Program-made: the position numbers and the translations under genes | Notes under the pieces: generated by a model | What the model saw: the letters and a program-made list of their open reading frames with translations, nothing else | Told to the model about the DNA's origin: nothing | Database searches by the model: none | From: Camelus ferus | Lineage: Eukaryota | DNA: 64,000 nucleotides | Reading direction: 5' to 3' | Assembly (NCBI RefSeq): GCF_009834535.1 | Contig: NC_045704.1 | Coordinates: 44,330,001 to 44,394,000, forward strand | Shown here: one piece after another, positions 1 through 37,176 of the stretch | How the letters are laid out: each line of letters begins with the position of its first letter | How positions within the stretch are numbered: position 1 is the stretch's first letter

Positions 1-44
1 CAGCGTGGGGGGTGCAGGGTACAGGATGGGGTGCTGGTGCTCAC

Positions 45-1629
45 CTGGCACAAGAAGGCCCTTGAAGCACTTGCACAGATCATGGAGTTGGTGATGTGTG
101 AGCCCCAGTACTGCTGGCATTGACTGACGGTGACCAGGGGCAGAACCACCTGCTGCAGGCATGCCGGAGTCACATTGCCTATGGGCCAAGAGGGGGTGGT
201 TAGCCCTCAGATGACTTGTCCCCACCCTACACTCCCATCCAGATTTTTGATCCAAGTTCCTACTCATGCCACTGAGGCGGCCCCAGCCAGTGGTGACAAC
301 ATGAGGCCTTCAGGCAGCACCTCATTTGAGGAAGCCAGGCAAACTGGTGAGATATATGTTGTATACTGGGCTGGGGAGGCGAGCTTCAGTAGTGTAAGAT
401 CATTATTGATGGTGGTGGGGTTCCAGGAGGGGTGCGTGATGGCCTGTGGAGCCAGGAAGGGGCCATGTAGGATGGGAGTGGGCACAGGCCCCCAGGTAAT
501 GGGTGCTGAGGAGGCTAGGCTAGGCATGTCCTGAATTCCTCATCCCCAGAGCCCACACACCTGCACCACCCACTCTTCCTTCCCTATCTGCAGCCCAGGG
601 ACTCACCCGAGAGATGGACAGAACCTGCAAAGTCTCAGCACTGGATGATGGGTCTTACTCGCCCAGGATGACAAAGTGGCTGCAGTAAGAGTGGGATTGG
701 GCAGCCGCAGGGAGGGCAGAGTGACAAGAGAGGGGCATTCAGGACAAAGGAGTTGAGGAGGTGGGGACTGGGGTGGGGCAGGTAGAGGGGAAGCACTCAT
801 ACAACATTGCAGTAGGCAGCAATGACCATCCAGGCCTGGCTGATGAGGGAACCACCACAGAAGTGAAAGCCTTTGCTGTCCTGGGCTCAGGGGTCAGACA
901 TACGGTGCACTCAGGCTATGCCTAGGCATGAAGCACCTGGGATCTTGCCCCACCCCCAGGGTGCATGTACCTGCAGGGATACCTGGCAGGGCCAGGAGCC
1001 CAGCACTACCTTCTCCCCATTGACAGCCCTCTAGCTGAAGCTCAGCACCGGTTTGATGTCAGGAACACCGCAGCCTGCCATTGGGCTGGTGAGGACTTGT
1101 TTCCCACATCCCAACCTACCTCTCACCTCCTCCTGGGTGTCCCCAGGGTAAGCCCCCCAGAGGGGTCCAAATCGAGAAGACTCATTACCCCTTCTCACCC
1201 TTAGCACCTCTGGGCCTGTAGCTATCTCAGCTGCCTGCATCCCTAGCCTCCAGGTTCTGTCCATTCTCCCACATCTCTCCAACCTACTCCCTACCATTTC
1301 TCAACTCCACCCCGACCCCCCAGCCCAGGCCATCTTTCTCCCTGATCCCTGGGATAGTCTCCTCCCTAGCCTCTCCACCCACTCCAGATTTCAATGATCC
1401 ATACCCTGCATGCAGGTTAAGGGCTCTTCCTAAACTACAGGTCCAACCATTGCTTCTCAGCCTCCTAAACCCTCCCCCTGGGCCTGGCCCAAGCTCCTGT
1501 CCCATTTGTAGGATTGCCTACCTCTTGCCTCCTCCCAGCCCTGGCACATCCTTTTTCCTTTGCCCATTCTGTCTACCTGCTTTCCTTCGAGCCAGCTGAG
1601 GGGCCAAGGGTCAGTCTGAGCAGCAACAT
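45..1629 (-). pseudogene. CTRL: Chymotrypsin-like protease CTRL, unitary pseudogene (exons 1-6; exon 7 is off the left edge)
   Basis: Exon remnants: about 1577-1629 (MLLLRLTL, then homology is lost), 971-1074 ([33 protein letters not shown]), 801-880 (DSKGFHFCGGSLISQAWMVIAAYCNV), 607-679 (HFVILGE*DPSSSAETLQVLSISR), 264-443 (AITHPSWNPTTINNDLTLLKLASPAQYTTYISPVCL, 1-nt deletion near 299), 45-178 (NVTPACLQQVVLPLVTVSQCQQYWGSHITNSMICASASRAFLCQ). Lesions: TAG at 1031-1033, TAA at 655-657, catalytic His codon is TAC (812-814), exon 3 donor GT changed to AT (799-800), frameshift in exon 5. Confidence 0.95.
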
Positions 1630-3511
1630 TGTGATAGGCATGAGGCTGAGAACTGGGCCTGGCTTTATGGCATTCCTTGTCCTTGGGCCTAAGGCCAAGC
1701 CAGCTGTGTAGGTTCAGCCCCCTCCCATGCTCTAGTCAGGAGGAGGGTCTCTTTAGGCCGAGGTCCTTGACCCAGGCCCTGACTTACTGGAGTCCAGGTG
1801 TGAGGTTCCCATCTCCTTCACTCCCCTAAAGCCTGGCCTATGATTGGCTCCTAGAACCACCTCACATCCTAAGCACTGAGCACCAGTTACCAAGGAATTA
1901 AGGTTAGACTTACAGTGACTACCTGGTGGCTGGGATCAGGAAAGTCTCCCAGGCTATCAGGGACACCAGACTCAGAGAAGCCTGCTGAGCACCCAGGGGT
2001 GTTCTGACTGGTGGAGGGAAACTCCAGCTGTTACCCGCTCCACTGTTGAGGGCCAGGGCCATGTGGCCAGGTCGGGGGTTCTGGCAGGTTGCATATCCTA
2101 ATATATCATTTCAGTGATTCCTCATCAGTTTGGAACAGGAGTCACAGTTTGCTTAGAGATGGTGACTCTCCCACTACAATGTTCATTTGGACCCAAACCT
2201 TTATCTGCCTTGCTCCGAAGCCCACACTCTTCGTGATGAGATGATACCTGGAAGGGGCCTGGTGTACAGGAGGGCAAGGTGTGATGCTCAACACTGGATG
2301 GGGGTCACAGGTGGAAGGGTGACAGCCATCAAATCTTTGACAGCTTCCAGGCCTTGGGGTTCCCATGGACAAGCCCCTGCTATCTACAGCCCATTCACTG
2401 TAGAGTTCCAGGCTGAGCCTGAACTGAGGGAGAGAAGACGCTCCTGTCTACAAAGCTGCAATAGGTAAGTTGGCTGGCCTCCTTCAAGGGGTATGAGGGC
2501 TTTGAATGATTCAAGAACGTTATCAGCCCAAAAAAATTAGTTAATTGTCGATTAGAGGAATGGATGGATAAATCAGTGATAAAACAAATATAACAGCATA
2601 CTAATTGTAAAGTCTGTGGTGGATATAAAGGTGATCAATGTACAATTCTTTCAACCTTTATGTTTAAAAATCTTCGTAATAAAATACTGGAGAAAAAAGC
2701 ACAGTCAGGGTCCCAGAGATGTCCAGTCTGGAATAGACCCTCCCCAGAGGTTGGGAAGACTTTAACAGGTCCAAAGCTCCAGTGGAGCTCAGCCATTCTC
2801 TGCCAGGACAGGATGCTTCTGTCAGCACCGAGCACCTGGGATGGCACCCGGTGGATGCTGAACAAAAGTCTACTGGATAAATGTGTCGTGTCATCTCTCC
2901 CCACATGAGCCTTGTGACCCCTGTCAGCACAGAAAACTTTGAGTCAATTCCCCTATTCACAGCCCAGCAGTGTGTAAACAGATGCCCAGTGCTGTGTTAG
3001 CACCTCACGTGTGCCTGGTCATCGGAGGGGTTTCACAGATAAAGTCGTTGCAGGGGTGAGGAGTGTACCTGTGAGAACTTGCCCTTGGAGTCAGGAAGCA
3101 GCTCCTCCATCAGCATTTTAGCCATTCGTTGGGGTAGCGGGGCCCGACTGAGAGGTGTGAGCTTTATCCTGGGCCATTGATGAGCCAGGTAAAGGCTTTG
3201 GTGGGGGCAGTACATAGGGCCTTTTGGGTTTTATAACAGTTCCCAGTGGACTAGAGGGCATGGGAGTGGGTGTGGAGAGTCAGGAGGGGGCTTTACACCT
3301 TGAGTCTTCAGTGCTTGCCAGGGCTGGGATTCTGGAAAGGTAGATAGATGCCTTTGGTGACGGGTGAAGGACACCTCTTAGGTCAGGCACTGAAGCCATG
3401 GGAGGGAGTCGTCCCTGGAGGGATACCTTAGCCACAGAGCCCTGCTGGCTGCTTGTCCCCCTCCACCCAAGAACGATACAGCCATGTGTTTAGGTGTTTG
3501 CGTTCTTTGGG

Positions 3512-3517
3512 TTTATT
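3512..3517 (-). terminator. PSMB10 polyadenylation signal AATAAA
   Basis: tttatt on the + strand, 35 nt past the PSMB10 stop. Confidence 0.8.
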
Positions 3518-3551
3518 CTTCCTTGTTCCAATCTCTAAGCCTCTGCCAGCA

Positions 3552-5957
3552 TCACTCCACATCCATGGCCTGCACCGTTTCCTCCAAGAGCTCCAGGGTC
3601 AGTGGCATCACTGTTTCAGACAGGACGGCTGTGGTCCCAGGGACAAAGTGGTACTGGCTGGACCTGGGAAGGAGAAGGGATGACCTCGCAACATGGGCCC
3701 ATCACGTGGCCCATCCTCTCTTTGCAGCCCCCTATCTCCCTTGCTACCACCCCATCCTCCCCTGTGGTCCCCCATCTCCATGCTCCTACCTTTCTATGGG
3801 CTTTGTGGGAGAGCTCAGTGTTCTCAGCAGCTTGGCACTAGTCCCCGTGATCACACATGCATCCACACTGCCCCCAGAGCCCAGGTCACCCAGGATCCCT
3901 GCAGTGATGGCTTCCACTAGCAGCACCTGTGCTGCCTCCAGCTGTAATGTGTGTGTATATGAGGCTGGGTGGACCCTTCTGGTATCACCCTCAGGCTACA
4001 ACCTTGAGACTTTGTTAATCTTTAAGCCTGGACTATTTGCCATTTGCTCACACCCAAACCCTTCTCTTCCTGTACACCCCCGTCTCCACCCCAAGCTCCT
4101 CTTCCTTTGTTTTAGGTTTCCTTCTCTCCAGAGACCCTGTGTTCCCACTGCCCCCTGTCTTCACAAACTACTCTGAGTCACAGATATGGCTCTTGCCTGT
4201 CCACCCACCCAAGGTGGTCTTAGCCCCCGGTCCCCGGCTCACTGCCTTTTTCTTTCTGGGCCTTAGACAGCTTTGAAGCAACGTCTTCTGCTTCCATCCA
4301 CCACAAACAAAACCCACCAGCCCCCACCTGCTATTACCTCCTCCCTCAGCTCCAAATGGTTCTCTCTGACTTTCGACTTCTCAGGGGCAGTCCAAGCTTT
4401 GGCACTGACGGTGGTCTGCTGGACTAGCACTTCTCCACCATCACTCCACTGGCCCCTCAGTCTCCACTTAGTCGTCACCTCCCAGAAGCCCTTCCCGACT
4501 TCCAGACTAGGCCGGGGTACCTCTGTGTTTCCCCAGCTCCCGGGGGTACGTCCCACCAATGCACGCATAGTGGGGGGCGGGTGTCGCTCACCGTCATGTT
4601 CGGCTGGAACCGGTCCTCCAGCACTGCTAGGGCTGCGTCTTGGCCGGAGCCTGCAGGCAGGAGGGGTGTCTGAGGTTAGCCTCGGCCGCCCCGTCGCGGG
4701 ATAAACGTGAGGCCAGGACAAACATGGGTGGGGTTCGTGGGGAAGGGGCGGAAGTGCTTACCCAGGGCCGTGAAGGGCAGACGGCTGTAAGAGCCATGGG
4801 GGTGCACGCTGTAGAGCTGCGGCCCTGCGAAGTCTACGCCACCCACGATCAGCGAAGCCCCGACGTAGCCACGGTACCTTTTCGCGTAGTGGGCGCAGTC
4901 AGCCGAACGCACACGGATCCAGGTCCCGCCTCTCCACTATTCCACCCCTGAACCGAGCCCCGCCCCTTCCCGTGGTCTGGCGCCCCATGACCAGCATCGC
5001 TTCTTCCTGTTGCTCTCTTAGCTCCTCTTAGGCCCGCCTCTTCCGGTCTCCCAGACCCTCGCAGCCTGGCCCTTTTTCCTGGCTTACCTCCTCAGCCCCG
5101 CCCTCCCCGCAACTGCCCCTCCCCAGAGTCATCTTAGTCCCGCCCCAGTACCGGAAGAGCGTCTGGCGCAGGATGCGCGTGACCGTGGCCACTCGGGGCT
5201 CCCTGCCCGTGGACAGCGTGTGTAGCTCTATGTTGGACGCCGCCATCCGCGTGGTCATCTCGGCGTCCGCGGCTACTCCAGCCCCACAGCAGCTGAGGGT
5301 GAAGGGAGGGTCAGTATGGGCGGGGCTAGGATGTGCGGGGACTCGGGATGGGAACGATGGGGTGGTTCTTGAGTGGGGGAACCAGGCCCTGGAATTCTCA
5401 CTAGATTTTGGGGGCGATGAAGTGGATTTTTTCGCAGCTCTTGTCCGCCACGACTGAATCGTCAGTGGCCCGCGTATCCGCGCCCAGTATGACCCCGTCC
5501 TGGGGAGAGGGGCGAAGAGGAGGAGCCGTTGGCTCAGTGCCCACCTCCCATTGCCGGCCGCCCCACTAAGCCCCACAGTCCAATTCCCTGCTCACTTGGA
5601 ACATAAGGCCTGCGATGGTGGTCCCGGTCTTGCGTGCATGAGGGACCCGGAGCCCCGGGAGGGCGCGTTCCAAGGATGCGTTTCTGAAAACGGAAGAGAG
5701 TGGCCCAGGTTTCAGTTCTTCTGGGACCCCGTCACATCCCTCGACTCCTTCCTGGTCTCCCTCACCTGGGGAAGGCCTGGGAATACAAGTCTTACCACAC
5801 ACGTACCCTCCCCCATACTTGCCCCAGTAATTTTAAAGGCTCTGGGACTCCCATTCCTGGACGCCCTCACAGCATTTGGGACCAACCATCCCCTAACTGA
5901 CCTCTGGCAGTTATCGAAGGAGAAGCCCCCTCGGGGCTCTAGCGCCTTCTTCTGCAT
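3552..5957 (-). CDS. PSMB10: Proteasome subunit beta type-10 (MECL-1, immunoproteasome beta2i), 8 exons, 273 aa
   Basis: Exons 5902-5957, 5596-5683, 5402-5499, 5152-5292, 4762-4877, 4592-4650, 3790-3941, 3552-3663; 822 nt in total, all introns GT-AG. Begins [25 protein letters not shown]. Propeptide cleavage and catalytic Thr motif KTG|TTIAG intact. Ends [10 protein letters not shown]. Confidence 0.98.
4540..5700. promoter_or_regulatory. Intragenic CpG island over PSMB10 exons 2-6
   Basis: Visibly CpG-dense, GC-rich stretch; boundaries judged by eye. Confidence 0.7.
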
Positions 5958-6075
5958 CTCCAGGTGGGCAGGGCAGTCCAAGGGGCTGGGGGTCGATGGT
6001 CAGACGAGTGGAATCAGCACCGAGCCGGGAAGGCGGCAGCCTTGTCCTCTGTGGGCTCTACGTCTGATGCTTCCC

Positions 6076-6137
6076 CTTTCGCTTTCACCTTTCCTCAAAG
6101 CATGCTGGCCCCTTTCTGCACCTTCTCTTTCACTTTC
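6076..6137 (-). promoter_or_regulatory. Two IRF-E/ISRE-type elements in the PSMB10 promoter
   Basis: Minus strand GAAAGCGAAAG (6076-6086) and GAAAGTGAAAG (6127-6137), 119-180 bp upstream of the ATG. They match the IRF GAAANNGAAA consensus; PSMB10 is a known IFN-gamma/IRF1-induced gene. Confidence 0.75.
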
Positions 6138-7452
6138 ACCTCTGGTCCTCGGCAGCTTGGGCTGGAGAAGATGTCCTTTGCCTGGCTCTCCCTTCCCAGC
6201 CCCGTCTGAACAGAGGGACAAATCTCTCCCTTCTGGCCATTGTCCAGACTGAGCCCTGAGCTCTGCATACCCTGACACCAGTCCTAACCTCAAGTCTCAA
6301 TGCCCTAAGGCTGTCACACTGACCAGGTCTCTGTTCTCATCGTTACTGGCCTTCAAAAAGCATCAGGCATGGCTGCCTTTTGTCCTTTGTCACCCACCTC
6401 CTGACTCCTGTCTCTCTTTTGTTGCCTTTGCCTTCTCCCTGAAACCTCAAACACCAAAGCTCAATCCTCAGCCAAAGTGGTGCTGACCCTTCCATCTTCC
6501 TTGTCTCAGGTGCTGTCTTCCCTCTGTCAAGAGGGGAACTGTGGCTGTCCATCTGGTGGCCCGTAGGCATGCTGAGCTCTACCCATGGCCAAGCCTTATT
6601 TCACCTCCCAAGTGAACTTTTTTTTTAATCCACATCTTTCTCATTACCCCTTGTCTCAGCTGGCATACTCTCTCCCCTGGATATTGCCCTGGCCTCCCTG
6701 GCTTCCCCACAACTTTTGCCTCACATCCCCCACCCCAGGCTACACTCTACCTTTCAGAGATGCTTTTCTAGATTGAAAATCTGGTCACACTTTCCCTGGT
6801 TATACCCTTCAGCAGCTGTACACTGCTCTTAGGCTCAAACCAGTCTTCACAGAGGCCCATGTTACTCATTCTCCTGGTCTCAGCATAGGCACCGCCTCCT
6901 CTGGGGGAGCCTACCCCGACCCACAAGACCCACCTCCCTGTTGCTCCACAAACTCTGTTCTCAGACTACTTAGTTCCATCAATTAAAGTTAAACCTTCAG
7001 TAGTGAAATGACTTGTTTAGTGGCTATCACCCTCCCAGATTCTAAATTCTTGTGCTTCTGTCACCCACCTAGCACTCAAAAGGCCTATCTAGAGGTGGGG
7101 TCTCGCCTGCCCTTTTGGGAGCTAGGAGGAACAGCTCTGATCTTCCCCATCCTGCACCCTTGGCTCCATGTAGCCCTATTCCACAGCTGTGTGTGCAGCT
7201 CCTCCAGTCCCCATGCCCCTAGCAGAGGCAGGCACAAGGCAGGCTGTCTAAACAACTCAACCAGGAGAGTGGGAAGCTGTACTGTCAAGGTGCCCTGTTC
7301 AATCCCAGGCTTTAGGAAAGCCCACCTTGTCCTGTGCTCCACAAAGCACCAGGCCTGCAGCTCCTGATGAGTGAATCCTGGTGTGTGGCACCTAGTGCCT
7401 CCCTCTCACCCCACAATACACATGTCAGGGCTTATAGCAGCAGAGGAAGTCT

Positions 7453-10780
<3,328 letters not shown>

Positions 10781-10880
10781 TTAGGGAGCCAGCTCTGGGC
10801 CTGAGTTCAGTTCCGCCTTCTTCCCTTGGCGCCAGGGGAAACAGAGCTGGGGCAGCAGGAGGCCCAGAAGTAAACAATGT

Positions 10881-10886
10881 TTTATT
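10881..10886 (-). terminator. SLC12A4 polyA signal AATAAA, about 240 bp upstream of the LCAT ATG
   Basis: tttatt at 10881-10886, first clear minus-strand AATAAA after the SLC12A4 stop (11346). Confidence 0.75.
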
Positions 10887-11345
10887 GAAAAAAGTCAGGC
10901 TTCAGCTGGCTAGCTCCATTCAGCTCGGCTTGGCGGGGGTCCCTGCCCACAGTAGCCTGAGCCAGATCTTCCTGCAGGCAGGCTGGGCCAGACCCCTCCC
11001 TTGTTGCCCTTTCCCTCCTCTCTGTTGGTGACATCCGAACAATAAATATGCAATAAATAGTGCTCCTGGCACAGCTGCCTTCAAACCCCACGTCAGCCCC
11101 CACCAGTCTTCTCCAGCCAGGGCCAGCCTCCTGGGGTGCTGAACAGGAAAGTCCCCAAACCGCTCAGGATCCTGTAGGACCTTGGGTCCATCTCCATTGC
11201 CAGGCCTGGGCCCAGTCTCCAAGGAGACCTAGCAAATTTGGGCCCAGGGCAGGGCTGGGCAAAGCAGGGCTGGTGGGTGGATGCTGGAAGGGGGCTGTTT
11301 GTTACCCTGGACTTCTCCACTCTAGGCCGCAAGTCTGTATTGGGC

Positions 11346-32790
<21,445 letters not shown>

Positions 32791-33039
32791 CACGCGCGCT
32801 CTCGGCCCTGCCGCGTCTGCCGCCCCTGCCGCCTGCTCGGCTGTCCCCGCCGCCCCAGGCCCGCGCGCCCCGCCCGTTCGCATTCCTCCCTGCTGTGCTC
32901 ACTTCCTCCGCCCGCCCCCCGGGCCGCCCCTCGGAGGCGGGGAGCAGGAGGGGCTCAGCGGGCTCCTCCCTAAGAGGGGCCCAGGCGGAGTGAAGCCCTC
33001 CCCCCGGAGGCAGGAGTACTACTCGCTCTATGCCCTGGG

Positions 33040-33200
33040 GAGGGCCAATTCCTGTGTGACCTTGGGTAGTGAGCTGCCCTCTCTGAGCCTCAGTTGCAGT
33101 ACTTGTAAAATGGGAAAATGGCACTTCCACCTCTTGGGGCTTCTCCGTGAGATGGGGCTCGCTGGCTCTACGCTCTGTGCCTAGTGAGCGCTCAGTGACA
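33040..33200 (+). mobile_element. MIR SINE
   Basis: tgtgtgaccttggg...ctctctgagcctcag...tgtaaaatggg. Confidence 0.8.
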
Positions 33201-34902
33201 ATTCTGTTATTTAAGGACGGGAAAGGTAGGCAGGACCGCAGAGGTCATTTCAGTCCTGCCCAGGGCCTCCCGCTATTCCTGGGTATCCCTCCCCATTTTC
33301 ATTATCTCTGTCTCATACCTTTTCTCCGCGTCTCTGGAAGCTGAACCCCCGGAAAGGTCCTGTCCCATCCCCCGTACCCTCCAGTGCGGGGGATTCCTGC
33401 CCTTTCACTAGAGGCTGCTTCCTCCTCGGTAGGAAGGACACCCATCCCTCTTGCCTGGCCCCATTTGCCTCTTTGGACACTGCATTGGATTCTTCAGCTT
33501 AGTTCTTTCATCTTAATGTTATCTTTTACTGTCTCACCTCCTGAGGGTTCCTTTACCCAAGCAATTTATTTTTTTGCCTTTAACTTTTCTTTCACTTTCT
33601 ACTCCACTGCTTCAGGTAACTTATCCAGTTGGCTTTACTTTAACATCTTTATCTTTCAAGGTTATCCTTTCAGCTGTTTCTCTATCAGAAAACCCCAGAG
33701 CCCACCTCTGTCTCCATTTTTCTCCCTTTTATGACTCAGAGGGCTTTAGAATATCAGAACTAGTGGTATCTTCCCAACCTGCCTCACACTCTGAGCCTCC
33801 AGCTCTGAGGTGGATTCAGGGAACAGAGTCGCTGGGCCCTGCAGGAGGACCTCAGAACTGACCACCATTCTGCCCACTACCCTACAGTCATCCCAGACAG
33901 GGCCTGCTGACTTGACCTGTCCTTAACGCCACCTTCAGTTGCCCACAGCAGCAGCCTTCCCAGTGGACTCCCTGCTCATGGTAGAGCCATCTCTTCTGAA
34001 GAGAAATCTCAGGCTCTTCTCTTGGCCCAAAAGGCCCTGCCCCACCTGGCCCCTCCAACCTCTCTAGCTGTATCTCTCCCCATCCTCCTCCCCAGCCTAA
34101 GCCTCTCTGGCCCCTTTCACTTTCCCAAACTTTAAGGAGTTTCTGTTCACTCTGACAGAGTGCTTTTCTACCATCTGCCCTCACCACTCCTCTGTATGGA
34201 GGAGGTCTCAGCTTGGAGTACCACCTCCCCCACAGAAGACTTCTCTGATACACACCCCACCTCCCCACCACCCCACCTCACTCTCCCCTGGGTTGGGTTC
34301 CCCTGGGGCACTTTCAGAGGACCCACTTCAGGGAGAAATGTGTTGGTGGGGATTTTTAATGTTTTTCATGCCCACTAGACTGTGGATTTTGCATGGGTAG
34401 AACTGTTTCAGTCTCATCACCTTGGTAGTCTCAGTCCCTAGCCCCAACACGTTTTTTGAATAAAGAATGAACAGGTGCCCCCTGTTTGGTCTTCCCTGAA
34501 GCTCTGCAAAGGTCCCCCGTAGTTCCCACCCAGCCCCTACATGTGGCCTGTCTCCTCAGGGGTGGTATCAGGTGCTGTGTGAGGAAGATAGGTGACTATG
34601 GCCCAACTGACAAGCTGAGGCCCTGAGGGACTCTGGCTGGGGTACAGCTTCCCGATGCTATTGACTGATCAAGTAGCCTGCACCATCAGGCAAAAATAAC
34701 AGGCAAAAGGAAACAGACATTTAAGAAACACAGACATTTCCAAAGAAAACATCTATCAGGAAAATGATTAGAATGCATGGGTCAAAAATTCAAATTCGTT
34801 TAACAAACATATTAGAAAAGACAAGGTAGAATATTAGCAATATGAAACGAGAAAATACAAACAAGAACAAGCAGAAATACAAGGTAGAGACAAATACAAT
34901 TA

Positions 34903-35350
34903 TTCTAGTGATCTATTGCTACATAACAAATTATCCCAAAACAACAATCAACAAAAACATTTGCTCACAAATTTGCAGGTCAACAAAAGCTCCACACAGC
35001 TTCAGTTGAAGTCAGAGGATTCTCTTTCAAGATGACTCATTGAACATGACTAGCAAGTTGTTACTACGGGCTGTAGGTTAAGAGCTCAGTAGGGCTGTGA
35101 ACCAGGGCATTGAGTCCTCTGCATGTGAACCTCTCGCTGGGCTGCTTGGCTTCCTCATAGTATAGTGGCTACAGTCCATGAGTAAGTATCCTAAGAAGCA
35201 GGAAGTGGAAGCTGGCAGTTTCTCTAGAACTAGGCCTGGAAACAAGTGCAGCATCACTTCTGCCATATTTTGCTGGTAAATCAATTACAGAGCCCAGATT
35301 CAAGGGGTGGGGAGATATAGAGCCCATCTCTGGAGGGAAAGGAATCAAAG
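34903..35350 (-). mobile_element. MaLR solo LTR (MLT1-like), flanked by L1 ORF1-like fragments (about 34690-34900 and 35355-35580)
   Basis: Starts gatctattgctacataacaaattatcccaaa (reverse of the MLT1 3' end). Internal ctgggctgcttggcttcctcatag and cagcatcacttctgccatatttt motifs. Confidence 0.7.
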
Positions 35351-35589
35351 AAATACAGAACCATGTATTAAAATTACCACAATAATATCTGAAACAAAGA
35401 ACACAATAGGTGATATAATAGCAGAAAGTTATAACAGAATGAATTGGTAAATTGGAAAGGCCAAATTGAGAAATTCTCCCAAAATTCCTTATGATAATAT
35501 AATTCCCCAAATTATGGAGGATAGAAATAGAAGTTCTAATGTCTGCACAATAGGAATCCCAGAAAAATAATAAAATAAAGATGAAGAAA

Positions 35590-35835
35590 AAGTATAACAT
35601 GAATGAATCATGACAACATTAAGCTAACTATAAGAAGCCAGATACAAAGGTCACATATTATATGATTCCATTGTAAGAAATATCCAGAATAGGTAAATCC
35701 ATAGAGACAGAAAACAGATTGGTGTTTAGGGGGGACAAGGAAATGGGGAGTAACTGCTTAATGGGTATAGGGTTTCTTTTAGGGTGGCTGAAATATTTTG
35801 GAACTAGATAGAGGGGTGGTTGTACAACATGGTGA
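35590..35835 (+). mobile_element. L1 3' end (L1MB-like)
   Basis: aagaagccagatacaaaggtcacatatt...gagtaactgcttaatgggtatagggtttctttt. Confidence 0.75.
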
Positions 35836-37084
35836 GTGATAAACATAAATTAATTCTAATGCAATCCAATTTATCAGTCTTCTCCTGTGTCATTAATGCT
35901 TTTATGTCCAGTGTCCCTATGCTGAGGTTACAAATATATTTTCCTACACTAGCTTCTAAGAGTTTTATACTTTTGTCTTTTGCATTTGGATCAAAAACAT
36001 TTTCAAATTAATTTTATTTTCTATGTTGTATTCAGCATGGTGTGAGCTAGGGGTCAATATTTTTTTTTTCCAAATGGATATGCATTTGTCACAGTTTGTC
36101 CTTATGGGTTCATCCTTGTTCTACTCCACCCCATATTCAGCTCTCCTTCTTAACTCTGGCCCAGCTTACCTGTACAGATTTAAGACCCAACACCAGATGC
36201 ACAGGTGACAGCCTTTTCCATTGTCTCCGACATGTGCATAAAGTCTAATCCCTGTAAATCTCTTATTTTATATCTTCACTGTGGATCTATTTATCTGATC
36301 AGACTGATATGATACTCTTAAAGTGGGAAAACTTACTCTACTAGATACCAAGACTTTTTTTTAAAGTTGCTATAATTAAGATATTGCGGTATTGGTACTA
36401 GAATAAACAAATAGCCCAAATAAATGGAACAGAATTCAGACAGACTCACACATATATGGACACAATTTATAACATAGGTGGCACTGTAATCTCTCTCCCA
36501 ATTTCAGGTTCCCATGGAAGTAACTTAGATCTGTCTCTGGCCCACCCTTGTGGTTTGGGAGAGGAAAGTGGCTAAAGATGGAGGGTCTGTAGAAAGCTGA
36601 GCAAATGGCACTAGTTTCCTTTTTTTTTTTTTTTTTTTTTAAGATTTGATTTCCCCTCTCCTCCTCTAAAAAATCAGTTTAACAAAAAGTCAGAGGATCT
36701 TATGTGAAAAATCTAAAATCTTTACAAACTTTCTCTCTTGATATTTCCAAAAAAGTTAGTTCATCCTATAAAAGGTATCACCTTCTTAAAAAAAAATTTA
36801 ACCTTTCAGAGAGAGATTGGTATCCAGCATCACACTCCATGATAGGATCAGATCTGAATGTGATTCCTTTGTTCTTTTCTGTGGGCTCAGGCTTCTGGCA
36901 TAAGAATATGGTAAGATGCCTCTGCCCTTCCTGAGACAGACAAAGCTGGACGCCAATAGGAACCACCCATCTTGAGCAGCTGGGGCTAGAACACAAGACC
37001 CCTTACCAACCAAGAGTCTACCAGACCCAATCCCTCTCCCTGTGAAGAAGGAAGAACACTCACACCTGGTTCCTACCCAAAATG

Positions 37085-37090
37085 TTTATT
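37085..37090 (-). terminator. DPEP3 polyA signal AATAAA
   Basis: tttatt about 90 nt after the stop. Confidence 0.75.
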
Positions 37091-37176
37091 CTCAGCATGT
37101 GCTTGTGCCTGGATGACTAGGAGGGGAACTTCGGGGGATTTAGCCACAGTGACCTTTGTGGGGACTGGCCAGGTCA

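Noticed and set aside
655-1033. CTRL stop codons as sequencing errors
   Set aside because: There are several independent lesion types across five exons, plus elevated missense divergence, while the neighbouring genes are intact.
1701-1706. CAGCTG E-box upstream of CTRL as a pancreatic PTF1 site
   Set aside because: The partner TC-box (TTTCCC) is not at the expected spacing, so the site cannot be supported; it may have decayed with the gene.
3484-4176. 230-aa plus-strand ORF, and similar long ORFs such as 5551-6252, 11640-12002 and 17551-18066
   Set aside because: They lie antisense to real exons or in GC-rich introns where stops are rare, and have no recognisable domain.
11041-11057. Two plus-strand AATAAA as the end of an antisense gene
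   Set aside because: No plus-strand gene structure leads to them; they are better explained as an AU-rich element in the SLC12A4 3' UTR.
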